Shown one piece after another: positions 27,171 through 38,964 of a stretch of DNA of 63,972 nt; position 1 is the stretch's first letter, and the number at the start of each line of letters is the position of its first letter. Source of the DNA: Chara braunii (lineage: Eukaryota; Plantae; Charophyceae); contig BFEA01000037.1 of the NCBI GenBank assembly GCA_003427395.1, positions 2,990,021-3,053,992 of the forward strand, given 5' to 3'. A program made the translations under genes and the position numbers. Below the pieces are notes generated by a model, which saw nothing but the letters and a program-made list of their open reading frames with translations, did not search any database and was not told the DNA's origin.

Positions 27171-27861
27171 TTTATAAAAAGGGTTGTGGAGGTGACGGGG
27201 GTTATGACCCAGGGAGGATGTCCGCCATAGGGCTTCCCGCGCCGGGGTCACCCCTACTGGTGATGCAGCGGGCCCACCCACTACCCAGTGATCTCTCAAG
27301 GAAAGAACTCATAGTTCTCGCTACCCACCTGGGAGTATCAGCCCAGACCGGCGCTACCAGGCCGCTACGCCAGGGGTCACCCTTCTCGAACTCAGGGTTT
27401 CACCTCCATGCGGCTCCTCGGTCGGGAGCTGAGGCTTTTTCGCATCAAAGTCACCGTGGTGCTACAAGGACGCGTCGGCTTCTGCTAGGAGAGGGGTGAC
27501 CCCCTCGCTCCTCCCGCACACAGCCCCACTGAGCCTGCCCTTCCCAAAACCGTCCCCCCCCCATGGCCTCGACAACCCTAAGGGGAGGCACACGCTCGAC
27601 CGTTACGGGGACCCAGGATGTACGGTTGGGAATTCAGCATCCAATGGGCACCTTGGCGGGTGGATCCCCAGTTCAGACCTGCAAAGCCTTGTGTACAGCC
27701 GTACCCCTGTAAGCGTGCGCACTCAGTGTGTGAGTGGTAGTGCATCATCCTAACGCCATGTTGGCGACATATGCACGAGGTTGCGGATTTGAACCCGCAA
27801 CCTCAAGCCACAATGTGCATTTCCAACCGGTGCCCTAACCACTGGGCCATCCGCCACTCAC
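27171..27861 (-). mobile_element. tRNA-derived SINE, full length (~690 bp)
   Basis: Minus-strand head with A box TGGCCCAGTGG and B box GGTTCAAATCC. Flanked by the direct repeat GCTCTCATAGATT. Confidence 0.8.
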
Positions 27862-27874
27862 GCTCTCATAGATT

Positions 27875-28144
27875 TTTTTTTTTTTATTTTTTTTTTTAAG
27901 GGTTGTGGATGTGTCGGGGGTTACGACCCAGGGAGGATGTCCGACAAAGGGCTTCCCGCGCCGGGGTCAGCCCCATTGGCAGTGCAGTGGGCCCACCCAC
28001 TACCCAGTGATCACTCAAGGAAGGAACACACGATCCTCGCAACCCACCCGAGAGTATCGGCCCAGACCGGCGCTACCAGACCGCTAGCGGCAGGGGTCAC
28101 CCCTCCCCTACTCAGGGCTTCACCTCTCTGTGGCTCCACTGTCC
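27875..28144 (-). mobile_element. 5'-truncated copy of the same SINE with poly(A) tail
   Basis: Poly-T at about 27873-27897, body homologous to 27178-27420, same GCTCTCATAGATT duplication. Confidence 0.8.
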
Positions 28145-29003
28145 GCTCTCATAGATTGTATTCGTACTGGAAATCAAAATCAAATGAGGTTTTGCCCTCT
28201 TGCTCCAAACGAGATTTTTGTTCTCGTTGAGCTCATCGTACGACACCTGCATTATCTTCCAACAGATGTGCCGCTCCTGCCCACGTCCTGGTATGCACGT
28301 GCGTGGAGACAGGGTATAGATGAGGGGGGGTTTGCATGCACGTGCCCGAAGTGAGGATCGGGGCGGGTGGGAAGAGAAGCGTTTGGGGGGTGGGAATCGC
28401 GATCTACGAATTCACCATGGAGGCGTCCATGGGCAGCCNNNNNNNNNNNNNNNNNNNNNNNNNNNNNNNNNNNNNNNNNNNNNNNNNNNNNNNNNNNNNN
28501 NNNNNNNNNNNNNNNNNNNNNNNNNNNNNNNNNNNNNNNNNNNNNNNNNNNNNNNNNNNNNNNNNNNNNNNNNNNNNNNNNNNNNNNNNNNNNNNNNNNN
28601 NNNNNNNNNNNNNNNNNNNNNNNNNNNNNNNNNNNNNNNNNNNNNNNNNNNNNNNNNNNGGGGGGGGGGGGGGGGGGGAGATTATTGGTTGTGAATGATG
28701 ATAAGGGGAAAAAAAAACAAAAACCTACATGTTTTTTTTTGCATTTTTTTTTTTCTTCCATTGATTGATTGATTGATTGATTGGTGGGGGAGGGGTCGTC
28801 TGCCCCCCGCCTCACTCCCCATACACTCACACACACTCATATACACACACACAAACACACACATACACATAGTACTGTACATTTTCATGTTCTAGCAGAA
28901 GATTCATTCGATGTTGCCCATCCTATCGATGGAAGTAGTGTGAGGCCAGCCGCGGGGTTGGAGACTTACACGTTGGCCGTTGCGTTGATCATCTTTTCGA
29001 TGG

Positions 29004-29070
<67 letters not shown>

Positions 29071-30147
29071 CCTTAGCTAGGTTCGCTAAGCTTTTCGGAG
29101 GTCCGTGGGGGGTTTAACTCTCCGCGATGTACCCCGGAATTGTGAGGTATTTGTAGGAACGGGTGGTGGATGGTCTTTTGAGTAGGAAGGGATGGTCGAT
29201 GTTTAGTAAGTAGGAAATATGGGAAATTTGGGTGCTTCGGCTCGTTTTATTTGTTTGGATTATGTACTCTGTCGTACTTCCGACTATTGAGTTGATGTCC
29301 TGGAGTACTTCAGTTTGTTTTGGTCGGTATGTTGTCCGAATTTTTGCACTACGGAGCCAGAGATACCCGGGGTACTGGTGTTGAGATACTTTGAATTTGA
29401 ACGGGTTCGCAACGAATTTGAGAGGTAAGCCTGTGGTTGAACGGCCTTCCTGGCAAATGACAACTTTTCCGATAAAATTCAGGTAAGATGTCGGGGGCAC
29501 TCAGTGGTGAATATGAATATTAAGCCCGACAGGATATTGTGGACTTGCACACATACAGACTGATCAGTCACATGGAGAGTTTTTTTGGAATTTTTTTGGA
29601 ATTTTTTTTGGAATTTTTTTTTGGAAATCTTTCTGAGTCGGCGGATAGGGGAAGGCGAAAAGTGTGATATGGGAGGAATGGAAGGAGTCGAGCAAGTGCT
29701 TCACCGATCAGTAAGCCAGCACCTGAACGGGTGGAGGCGGACCATATATGGGTACTGGCCGAGATTACCGAACCAGAGGGCATGAGATCCAGGATCGGGA
29801 TTGAATGGAGAAGTAAACGAGGAGAAGGGATGATTGGATTAGTGACGCTGTAAGAGAACAGGAGAGACGAATGGACGGGAAGGAGAAGAGAAGATCCAAG
29901 ATGAAGAAGGGTATACGAAAAAAAGGAAGGTGGGGGTGGGCGAGAAAAGGGAGGGTACGAATGCTTGCAACCGGGGAATCTACGACGAAGGAACACGGGG
30001 AGGTAGGTGAAAATAGGAGTTAGGTGTTCGATATCACAGAATAGGACTCTATGTATGTAGGAGGCTGATGCATACGACAACCAAGTATAAAAACGGGATG
30101 ATGACTGAGATTTCTCACGATGAGCTTGATTTACCTTCGGGAAAGAG

Positions 30148-30192
30148 CCTTCTGATGAGTTGTCGTAGCGCCGGCAACGAAACGCGTCGAGG
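30148..30192 (+). ncRNA. Minimal type I hammerhead ribozyme in the PLE pseudo-LTR
   Basis: CCUU-CUGAUGA-GUUGUCG(UAGCGC)CGGCAAC-GAAA-CGC-GUC-GAGG. Stem III is the palindrome ACGCGU. Predicted cleavage after 30188. Confidence 0.9.
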
Positions 30193-30852
30193 GATGCGTG
30201 GTTGTGAATATACTATATCCGTGAACAGGAAGTTTTTGACGTGGAAGATTTTGTGACGTTCTCCGGTACTCCAATCAAGGAAAGCTTGTATGGTGATCTC
30301 GTGTGTCTCCTTGTGTTGTACAAATCTCTTGGAGCGTGGTAACCGACGTGTACTGACAGTGGATCAGGGGCTACGTACGACTGTGATACTTCTCCATTGC
30401 TACTACGTGGCTACTTTGAGCGTGATCATCTCGGGAGGAAGAACATGGTGATGTTGAAGAAAGGAACAAGGAGATTAGCTGTATGGGGATGCGCCGTCGC
30501 TGTGGTGGTTGGAGGGGACCGAAGGTAAGAATCTAGGTGATGAACGTATGGTTGTCCTACAGGTATCGATCTCATGCAAGTGCGCGTATAAGAGGTAACA
30601 GTGATGTCGACACGTAATTTTAAGGATATTGAATTAGAAAGACATTGGTTAGAACTGCAGAGGTTAGTTGACTAAGTTGAGTACACGCCCCCCCCGCTAT
30701 CTATATAGCCTTCCACTTCGGAGATCAGGACAGTAAGGAGGAAGCTATAGAGTATCTGGAATCAGTTTTTTGTAGGATACATAGTATCGGGTGTTTGATA
30801 AGGAATCAGAGATATAGGAGAAGGAGACAGAGCAGGAGGAGGAGTAGTTAGG

Positions 30853-33800
30853 ATGGCGAATCCGTATCAGTTTCTGCCACAAACGCAAGTCCCGATGTAT
30901 ACGAATGTGATACCAGGGGCTAACCCAGGTGTTAATCCAACGAGGTCGGTAGCTTGCTATCTCTGTGGGAAACTTGGGCATTACTCGCGAAACTGTTGGG
31001 CCGCTAGCAATGGGAGGCCACCTGTACAAAGTCAGCAAGGGCCGCAAGCAGGTTCTGCGGACGAAGAAATGAACGAGATGAAGACTTACTTCCGGAAGAA
31101 GATCCAGAGGCAGAAGATGGAGGAAGAAAGGTTGGAAAAGGAACGGGAGGGAGAAAAGAGGAGGCAAGAGGATGAGAGAAAAGAAGCGGAGAGATTGAGG
31201 GAAGCGGAAGCACGTGAAGCACGACTGGAAGCGAGGCTTCTGAAGTTGGTAGGTCAGCATTCGAAGTCCATGAGTATTACAGTTGCACAAGTCATAAAGA
31301 AGAAGTCGCCTCGGACTAAGGCGCAGATGCTGAGAGAGATTTGTAGTTATATTGATAAGTCTGAGGATGAGAGCGAGGAAGTGAAGCATAGGGCGGGAAG
31401 ATTGGTTGATGCGATCGAGAGGAGGAAAGGAAAACGGAAGAACAACGAAGAGAAGGCAATGTCGACACCCGAGTTAGAGCGACAAAGGCGGCCCCGATTA
31501 TCATTGAAGATATCCCCGAGGAGGCACGCACACCACCAACCAAGGGAAGGGGATCGGACGGAGGAGTATGTGGGGGAATGCTGGAGTTTGTACTGGAGAT
31601 GCACAAGACACTGTCGGCTAAGAAAGAATCTGAGCTTCGGAAGATTTGTAACGAAGAAGGTGTAGAACGGACAAGGAAAGAAGTTGCGGTAAGTGAGCTA
31701 GTACGATGTCGGGCAAAACTTGCATTCGGAGAAGCAAGCGATTCCGCAGGTGTATCTCCATTATCACGGAGGTAAGATGAGTTGAGAACGAACCACATAT
31801 GTGAGATGGAGAAATTGGAAATGTTATGGAGAGTGATGAATAGTAGAGGGAGAAAAACTCCCTTCAGTGGCACATTAGACTCAAACACGGAGGACGAGAT
31901 CGTGCGGAGATTTGTGTTAATCGTACTTAAAGGGGGCTGCCCGTGGGCTAGGAAATGGATCGGAATGCTAAGCGATGATACGAAGGACCTGAGAATGAAG
32001 GGAGCAGGTGTGTACGTATTGGTGAGTCCGTGGTGCAAACATACGTATATTGGATGCACAAGGAGAAGTTTCATTCTCTGGTGGACTGAACATGCAAAGT
32101 TCGCGATCTCAGGGAACCTAGGGAACGCCCCGAAACTACACGCGTGGTTAAGAGTATTCGGGTGGAAAAAGTACATGATTTTGCCCGTTGAGGTAAGTAT
32201 CAGGGATCCGGACGCGATGGAAAGAATGTTGATAAAGAGATTCTCACCTGCGCTGAATACACAAGGAAGGTCCGAATAGAAGAGAAGAAAGAGGAGGAGG
32301 AAAGGGAAAAGGGAAAGGGGAAAGAAGCACTCCGATGGAAAGCGAGGACGAATTATTGTGTTTGACCGCAGAGCGTCCTTGATTACGCTTTTCAAGGGAA
32401 TGGGGAGGAGTGGGGAGTTCGAGTCGAGTGGTGGTGAAATGTGTGCGGAGAAGTGGAAGCTAGTAAAGGGAAAGATAGGGAAGAGTATCCTAGAGATGCA
32501 AGGGAGGAAGAAAACACTTAGAGATTGTAAGGATGACATCGAAAAGGGTGGGAAGTTCAAAGTTGTACAGGTCAAGATCAGCACATCGGCAGTGGTACAT
32601 AGGAGATGTTTTTTGCGCGACCTCCTGCATCAACCATGGAGGATAAGACATTTGTACCAGAAGAATTTTGTGAATCTGATTGCAATGTTCAAGACAGCCA
32701 GTATTTTTGGGAGTAAAAGTACTCGGAATCTGTTGAAGACCAAGATTACGAGGGTTGTTAAAGTTGTATTTAAAACGGAAATTTGCAGGCGGTCGATAGT
32801 AAAAGTACCCTTCTCCACAACTATCAACCTTCGAGGAGTGAGGGAACTGACCGCAAGGGTACTTGAGCAAGGGATGCGGGATCCATGTTTCCTCAAGTAC
32901 GTTGCAGCCAGGGTAAGGGTAGTCTTTAGAAAAAGGTATACAGTGGGACATGTTATTCATAACCAACATACTTGCCCAGGGGCGAGAGTAGTCATATGCA
33001 CATGCGTGGGGATGGATCTACCTCGTATACTCGGGCATATGAAAGTGAGGATAGATGATGTTCCGAGAACTCCGAAGTTTGTGAAAAACTCGAGGAATGT
33101 GACATGCGGGTTTCGGAAGATGATTTGCGAAGATGTGTGAGCGAGGGGGTAAGACCATGGACGAGGAGGGAACAAGTGAGGTTTCATGAGCATGACGTTA
33201 CTTTGTGTTACAAGACGCACGCAGCACAGGTGGATCAGGCAATGACGGTACAACAGGTGAAAGTCTGGTTCTGTACGATTGAACACTTGATTGCGGTGCC
33301 TGTCGATCGGAATCCTGGTGCGACGTTAATTGTCTGTCCGGTGGTGTACCTGGAGGCTTGTGAATCAGCCTTCAATCGAAGCTCGAGCTATCGTATCATA
33401 CAAGATACTGAAGCATCGATTATGAAGGCTATAAAGGTAGAGTATGAGAAGATGGGGCTGAAGAGGATAGGCGAATGGGGCAAGGGAGGACAGATTGGCC
33501 AGACATATGTCATACCAAAAGATAAGGATTTGGGGAGGTGGAGACCAATATCTCCCACCATGAAAAATCCGACACGGCTTGCCGGATCAAGAATAGGACG
33601 TGCAGTGAGATTCATGTTGCTCGGAAGGGTCGTCATTTTGATACGGTGTACTGATGATCTACGTACGAGGACAGAGGAGATAGAACAGAATTTGAGAAGA
33701 ATGGGGGACTTCGCATTAGCCCGGAGCTACGATATTAAGCATATGTTTGCTAGGCTCTCGCATGAAAGCATCATGGAGGCGGTTAGATGGATGATTGAAT

Positions 33801-34624
33801 TCTATAGGCAGAGAAAGATGGTAGGGGTGAGGGTTAGTCAGAGAGGCAAGATGTGTATGATGGCAAGGAACGGGAGGAAGAGCGAAGGTTTTGCTTTTTT
33901 TCACTTTACTCTGATTATGGATGCGGTCCGCTTTAAGCTTGATAATACTTTCGTAAAGAGTGTTGGGGAACCGTTGAGGCAGGATTTCGGGATTCCTATG
34001 GGGAGGAATTCTAGTCCTGCACCCGCTTGTCTCGTATGTGCGAGATCGGGAGCTATATTTCTTGAGTCGCTGGGAAGGGATTAGACCGTTCTTAATGGTA
34101 TGAGGATGATAGATGATGTCGCGGTAATTATGGCATGTAACTCAAATTCCGAGAGGTCACGGTTGATTGTAGAGTGCATCCTAGATTTGTTTGAAAAGTG
34201 TTATGATGACAGTCTGTGTCTGGTACGGAAAGATGAGGGCAATAATGTGTTTGAGTTTCTGGGAGCACGGATGATGATTGAACATGCGCCTATCAAATTT
34301 CATATCTTTCCCAGAACCAGAAATTTGGAGCATCTGACCAAGTATGGAACGATTAGGATCCACTCTATGCGGGATTATCAGTCGTATTCGAAAAAGTCTG
34401 GGAAGAAAACTACGATATGCGCAAGCCTGATCCGTATCTTTCGGATTTCGACGGATGACGATGCCACGTTGGCGTCCGTTTCAGCTGTAATGTGGGAAAC
34501 ACACCTCCGGGGGTACCCCCCAGAGGTCTCTCTCGCTGCCTTAACTAGGTTCGCTAAGCTTTCCGGATGTCCGTGGGGGGTTAAACTCTCCGCGATGTAC
34601 CCCGGAATTGTGAGGTATTTGTAG
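30853..34624 (+). pseudogene. PLE polyprotein: CCHC knuckle, coiled coil, SAP-like, GIY-YIG, RT
   Basis: CYLCGKLGHYSRNC; LSAKKESELRKICNEEGV..RKEVAVSEL; GVYVLV..TYIGCT..EH..MERMLI..PALN; CTC linker; PVDRN; YVIPKDKD..WRPIS; SYDIKHMF; GIPMG..SSP; RMIDD. Several stops and frameshifts. Confidence 0.9.
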
Positions 34625-35675
34625 GAACGGGTGGTGGATGGTCTTTTGAGTAGGAAGGGATGGTCGATGCTTAGCAAGTAGGAAATATGAAAATTTTGGG
34701 TGCTTCGGCTCATTTTATTTGTTTGGATTATGTACTCTGTCGTACTTCTTTTTTTAGGATTTGTGCTCTGTCGTATTCCCAATTTGGACTCTGTACTCTG
34801 TCGTACTTTCGATGGTTGAATTGATGTCCTGGAGTACTTCAGTTTGTTTTGGTCGCTATGTTGTCCGAATTTTTGCACTACGGAGCCAGAGATACCCGGG
34901 GTACTGGTGTTGAGATACTTTGAATTTGAAAGGGTTCACAACAAATTTGAGAGGTAAGCCTGTGGTGAACGGCAGTCCTGGCGAACGACAACTTTTTCGA
35001 TAAAATTCAGGTAAGATGTCGGGGGCACTCAGCGGTGAATATGAATATGAAGCCCGACAGGATATTGTGGACTTGCACACATACAGACTGATCGGTCACA
35101 TGGAGAGTTTTTTTTGAAAAGTTTTTGAATTTTTTTTGAAAATTTCTTTTGGAAAATTTTCTAAGTCGACGGATCGGGGGAGGCGAAAAGTGTGATACGG
35201 GAGGAATGGAAGGATTCGAGCAAGTGCTTCCCCGATCAGTAAGCCAACACCTGAACGGGCGGAGGCGGACCATATATGGATACTAATCGAGATTACTGAA
35301 CCAGAGGGTGTGAGATCCGGGATCGGAATTGAATGGAGAAGTAAACGAGGAGAGGGGACAATTGGATTAGTGACGTTGTAAGAGAACGAGAGAGACGAAT
35401 GAACGAGAAGGAGAAGAGAAGATCCAAAATGAAGAAGGGTATACGAAAAAAGGGAAGGTGGGGGTGGGCGAGAAAAGGGAGGGTACGAATGCTTGCAACC
35501 GGGGAATCTACGATGAAGGAACACGGGGAGGTAGGTGAAAATAGGAGTTAGGTGTTCGACATCACAAAATAGGACTCTATATACGTAGGAGGCTGATGCA
35601 TACGACAACCAAGTATAAAAACAGGATGATGACCGAGAGTTCTCACAATGAGCTTGATTTACCTTCACGAAAGAG

Positions 35676-35720
35676 CCTCCTAATGACTTGCCGTAGCGCC
35701 GGCAACGAAACGCGTGGAGG
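35676..35720 (+). ncRNA. Inactivated hammerhead copy in the 3' pseudo-LTR
   Basis: Same fold as 30148-30192 but with CUAAUGA core and a GUG triplet. Confidence 0.8.
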
Positions 35721-35849
35721 GATGCGTGGTTGTGAATTTTCTATATCCGTGAAGGGGAAGTTTTTAACATGGAAGATTTTGTGACGTTCTCTGTACTCCA
35801 ATCAAGGAAGGCTTGTATGGTGATCTCGTGTGTCTCCTTGTGTTGTACG

Positions 35850-35914
<65 letters not shown>

Positions 35915-36472
35915 NNNNNNNNNNNNNNNNNNNNNNNNNNNNNNNNNNNNNNNNNNNNNNNNNNNNNNNNNNNNNNNNNNNNNNNNNNNNNNNNNNNNNN
36001 NNNNNNNNNNNNNNNNNNNNNNNNNNNNNNNNNNNNNNNNNNNNNNNNNNNNNNNNNNNNNNNNNNNNNNNNNNNNNNNNNNNNNNNNNNNNNNNNNNNN
36101 NNNNNNNNNNNNNNNNNNNNNNNNNNNNNNNNNNNNNNNNNNNNNNNNNNNNNNNNNNNNNNNNNNNNNNNNNNNNNNNNNNNNNNNNNNNNNNNNNNNN
36201 NNNNNNNNNNNNNNNNNNNNNNCACAGACACAGACATTCACACAGACACCCACACACACACACATACACACATTCACACACACATACACACACACATGCA
36301 CACATTCACATACAGTGTCACACACATACACACACACACACACACACACATACACATGCTCAGACACACATATTAATCATCCCTCGCAAAAAAAACAATA
36401 TATATATATTTTTTTCCATTCCTTGATTTTTTCCTTGTTACAATATATATCGTCAAATAGAATATATATATA

Positions 36473-37234
36473 GAGGGTAACCGGCGTTCGGGACGGGCCG
36501 AACGCCTGAACCCGAACGCCTGAACGTATACGACCCCTTGGGGATGCCTTCGGCCGTTCGGGCTGAACGCGAACCTTAAAAAAAAAAAAAAAAAAAAAAA
36601 AAACGTCATCAAAAAAGTCTGAAAACAATATATGTTTTGGAGAAAACTAAATTCAACAAGATTTGCCTGAGCATTACATCCGAATTCCTTACCAAATTTG
36701 AAATAAAAATAAAATACAGAAAAAAAATATCAATAATAAAAATAAATAAAAATAAAAAGAGAATTAAATTTAGTGAGTGCGCGAGCATGTTTTGGACACC
36801 ACCATCTTTGGCGATTTTTCATTTTTTTTTGGAATATCTAAATGCCCTGAAAGCTTACAGATGTGTACTTCACATAATACCAAACCCACTAAAAAAGTTT
36901 CAAAAAATAATAAAATTCTTTAGACCCCGAACTAAAGTGAAAACAAAAAGTAAAAAGTGAAAAAATACGTGGGCGAGCACATTTTGACACCGGCATCTTT
37001 GGCGATTTTTAATTCTTATTTGGCTTAGCCAAATGACTTGAAAATTGACTGGCATGTACATCACGTCATAGAGAGCTCACAGAAAAAAATGCAGAACAAA
37101 TTAATTATTTTTAGGCCCCGAAATAAGTTTTGGCGGGGGCCAAACGCCATCGGGTTCGGACCCCGTACGGGACCCCGAACGCCCGTACGTACGGAGGTCT
37201 GCCCGGGGATCTCCGTACGTACGGGCTGGTAACC

Positions 37235-37275
<41 letters not shown>

Positions 37276-38964
37276 CAAATATATATATATATCGTCAAAT
37301 AGAACTGCCCGGTAAACCGTAGGCAGAGAGGGAGAAGAGGACAACAAACGAGGGGCTGTGACAAACTGTTTCGTCGGAGTTTCACCGACTCATCAGGAGG
37401 CTATATATATATATACAGGGTAACCGGCGTTCGGGACGGGCCGAACGCCCGAACGTATGGGACCCCTTGGGGATAGTTTCGGCCGTTCGGGCCGAACGCG
37501 GACCCAAAAAAAAAAAAAAAAAAATTCATCAAAAAAATCTGAAAACAAGATATGTTATGGATAAAAATAAACTAAACAATATTTGCCTGAGCAGTACGTC
37601 TGAATTCCTTACCAAATTTGAAATAAAAATAAAATACACAGAACAAATACTAATAATAAAAATAAATAAAAATAGAAAGAGAATTAAATTTAGTGAGTGC
37701 GCGAGCATGTTCTCGACACCGCCATCTTTGGCGAATTTTCATTTTTCTTTGGCATAGCTAAATGCCCTGAAAATTTACGGATGTGTACTTCACATAATAC
37801 AAAACCCACTCAAAAAGTTTCAAAAAATAATAAAATTGTTTAGACCCCGAACTAAAGTGAAAACAAAAAGTAAAAAGTGAAAAAAAACGTGGGCGAGCAC
37901 GTTTTGGGCGAGCACGTTTTGACACCGCCATCTTTGGCGATTTTTAAATATTATTTGGCTAAGAGAAATGACTTGAAAATTTTTAGGCTTGTACCTCACG
38001 TCATATAGAAGTCGTAAAAAACAATTCAGAAAAAAACAATTATTTTTAGGCCCTGAAATATTTTTTGGCGGGGGCTGAACGCCGTCGGGTTCGGGCCCCG
38101 TACGGGACCCCGAACGCCGAACGTGCGGAGGTCCACCCCGGGGCCTCCGTACGTACGGGCTGGTAACCCTATATATATGTATCGTATATATACGATATAT
38201 ATATACAGGGTTGCCAGGCTGAACGTACGGAGGCCCCTAAGCTGACCCCCGAACGTTCGGGCGTTCGGGTCCCCGTACGGGGCCCCAACCTGAAGGGGTT
38301 CGGACCCCGCAAAAAAATATTTTGGCACCTAAATATTATTATTTTTTTCTGAAAAGTTTCCTGTGAGTTCCTTGTGATGTAAGGTATCTCCCTCTTAATT
38401 TTGAAGCCATTCTGTTCAGCAAAAAAACAATGAAAAATCGGCAAAGATGGTGGTGTCAAAACTTGCTGGCCTACTCACTAATTTGTTTTTTCTCTTTTTT
38501 CACTTTTTGTTTCTCTTTTATTTAGGGGAATGAAACAAAATATTATTTTTTTAACTTTATTTGTATATTCTCTATCGTGTAAGATACACATATACAAATT
38601 TTCATGGCAGTTTTTACAGCAAAAAAAAAATGAAAAATCACCAAAGATGGCGGTGTCAAAAACGTGCTCGCCCACTCAATAATTTCATTCTCGTTTTATT
38701 TTTTCTTATTTTCATTACTATTATTTATTTTTAGTATTTGATTTTTATTTCAAATTTGGTAAAGAATTTGGATGTAACGTTGAGGCAAATGTTGTTGAGT
38801 TTATTCTTCTGTATAACATATATTTGTTTCCTATTTTTTTGATTTCGTTTTGTTTTTGTTTTTTTGTTTTTTTTTGGGTCCGCGTTCGGCCGAACGGCCG
38901 AACGCGTCGAGAGGGGTCGCCGAACGTTCGGGCGTTTGGCCCGTCCCGAACGCCGGCAACCCTA
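36473..38964. mobile_element. Three ~760-bp MITE copies (36473-37237, 37416-38171, inverted 38206-38964), each bounded by (TA)n
   Basis: CAGGGTWRCC-type TIRs, subterminal CCGAAC/GTTCGG repeats, homologous AT-rich interiors. Confidence 0.85.
37293..37402 (-). mobile_element. 5'-truncated copy of the (TA)n-targeted hammerhead family
   Basis: Minus strand reads GCCTC-CTGATGA-GTCGG-TGAAACT-CCGAC-GAAA-CAGTTTG...TTTGACG. (TA)n on both sides. Confidence 0.85.

Larger units (their letters stand above)
27085..28282 (-). pseudogene. Cytosolic 25S/28S rRNA fragment (27085-27170 plus 28145-28282) split by two SINEs
   Basis: Matches the reverse complement of conserved LSU sequence: GGTAAC.TTTCT.ACACCTCT.GCTT...GATCGATAG..., then GTATTCGTACTGGAAATCA.AATCAAA...GTTCTCGTTGAGCTCATC...ACACCTGC.TTATC...AACAGATGTGCCGC. 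Confidence 0.85.
29067..35856 (+). mobile_element. Penelope-like retroelement with N-terminal GIY-YIG (Naiad/Chlamys-type architecture)
   Basis: Direct repeats 29067-30329 and 34535-35856 (partial-tandem pseudo-LTRs that include the ORF 3' end). EN-RT coding region lies between them. (CT)n on both sides. Confidence 0.92.

Noticed and set aside
27775-27861. Functional tRNA gene
   Set aside because: Only A and B boxes, no convincing cloverleaf. It is the head of a TSD-flanked SINE.
31316-32584. 422-aa minus-strand ORF as a gene
   Set aside because: Antisense shadow of the purine-rich PLE coding strand, with no recognisable motifs.
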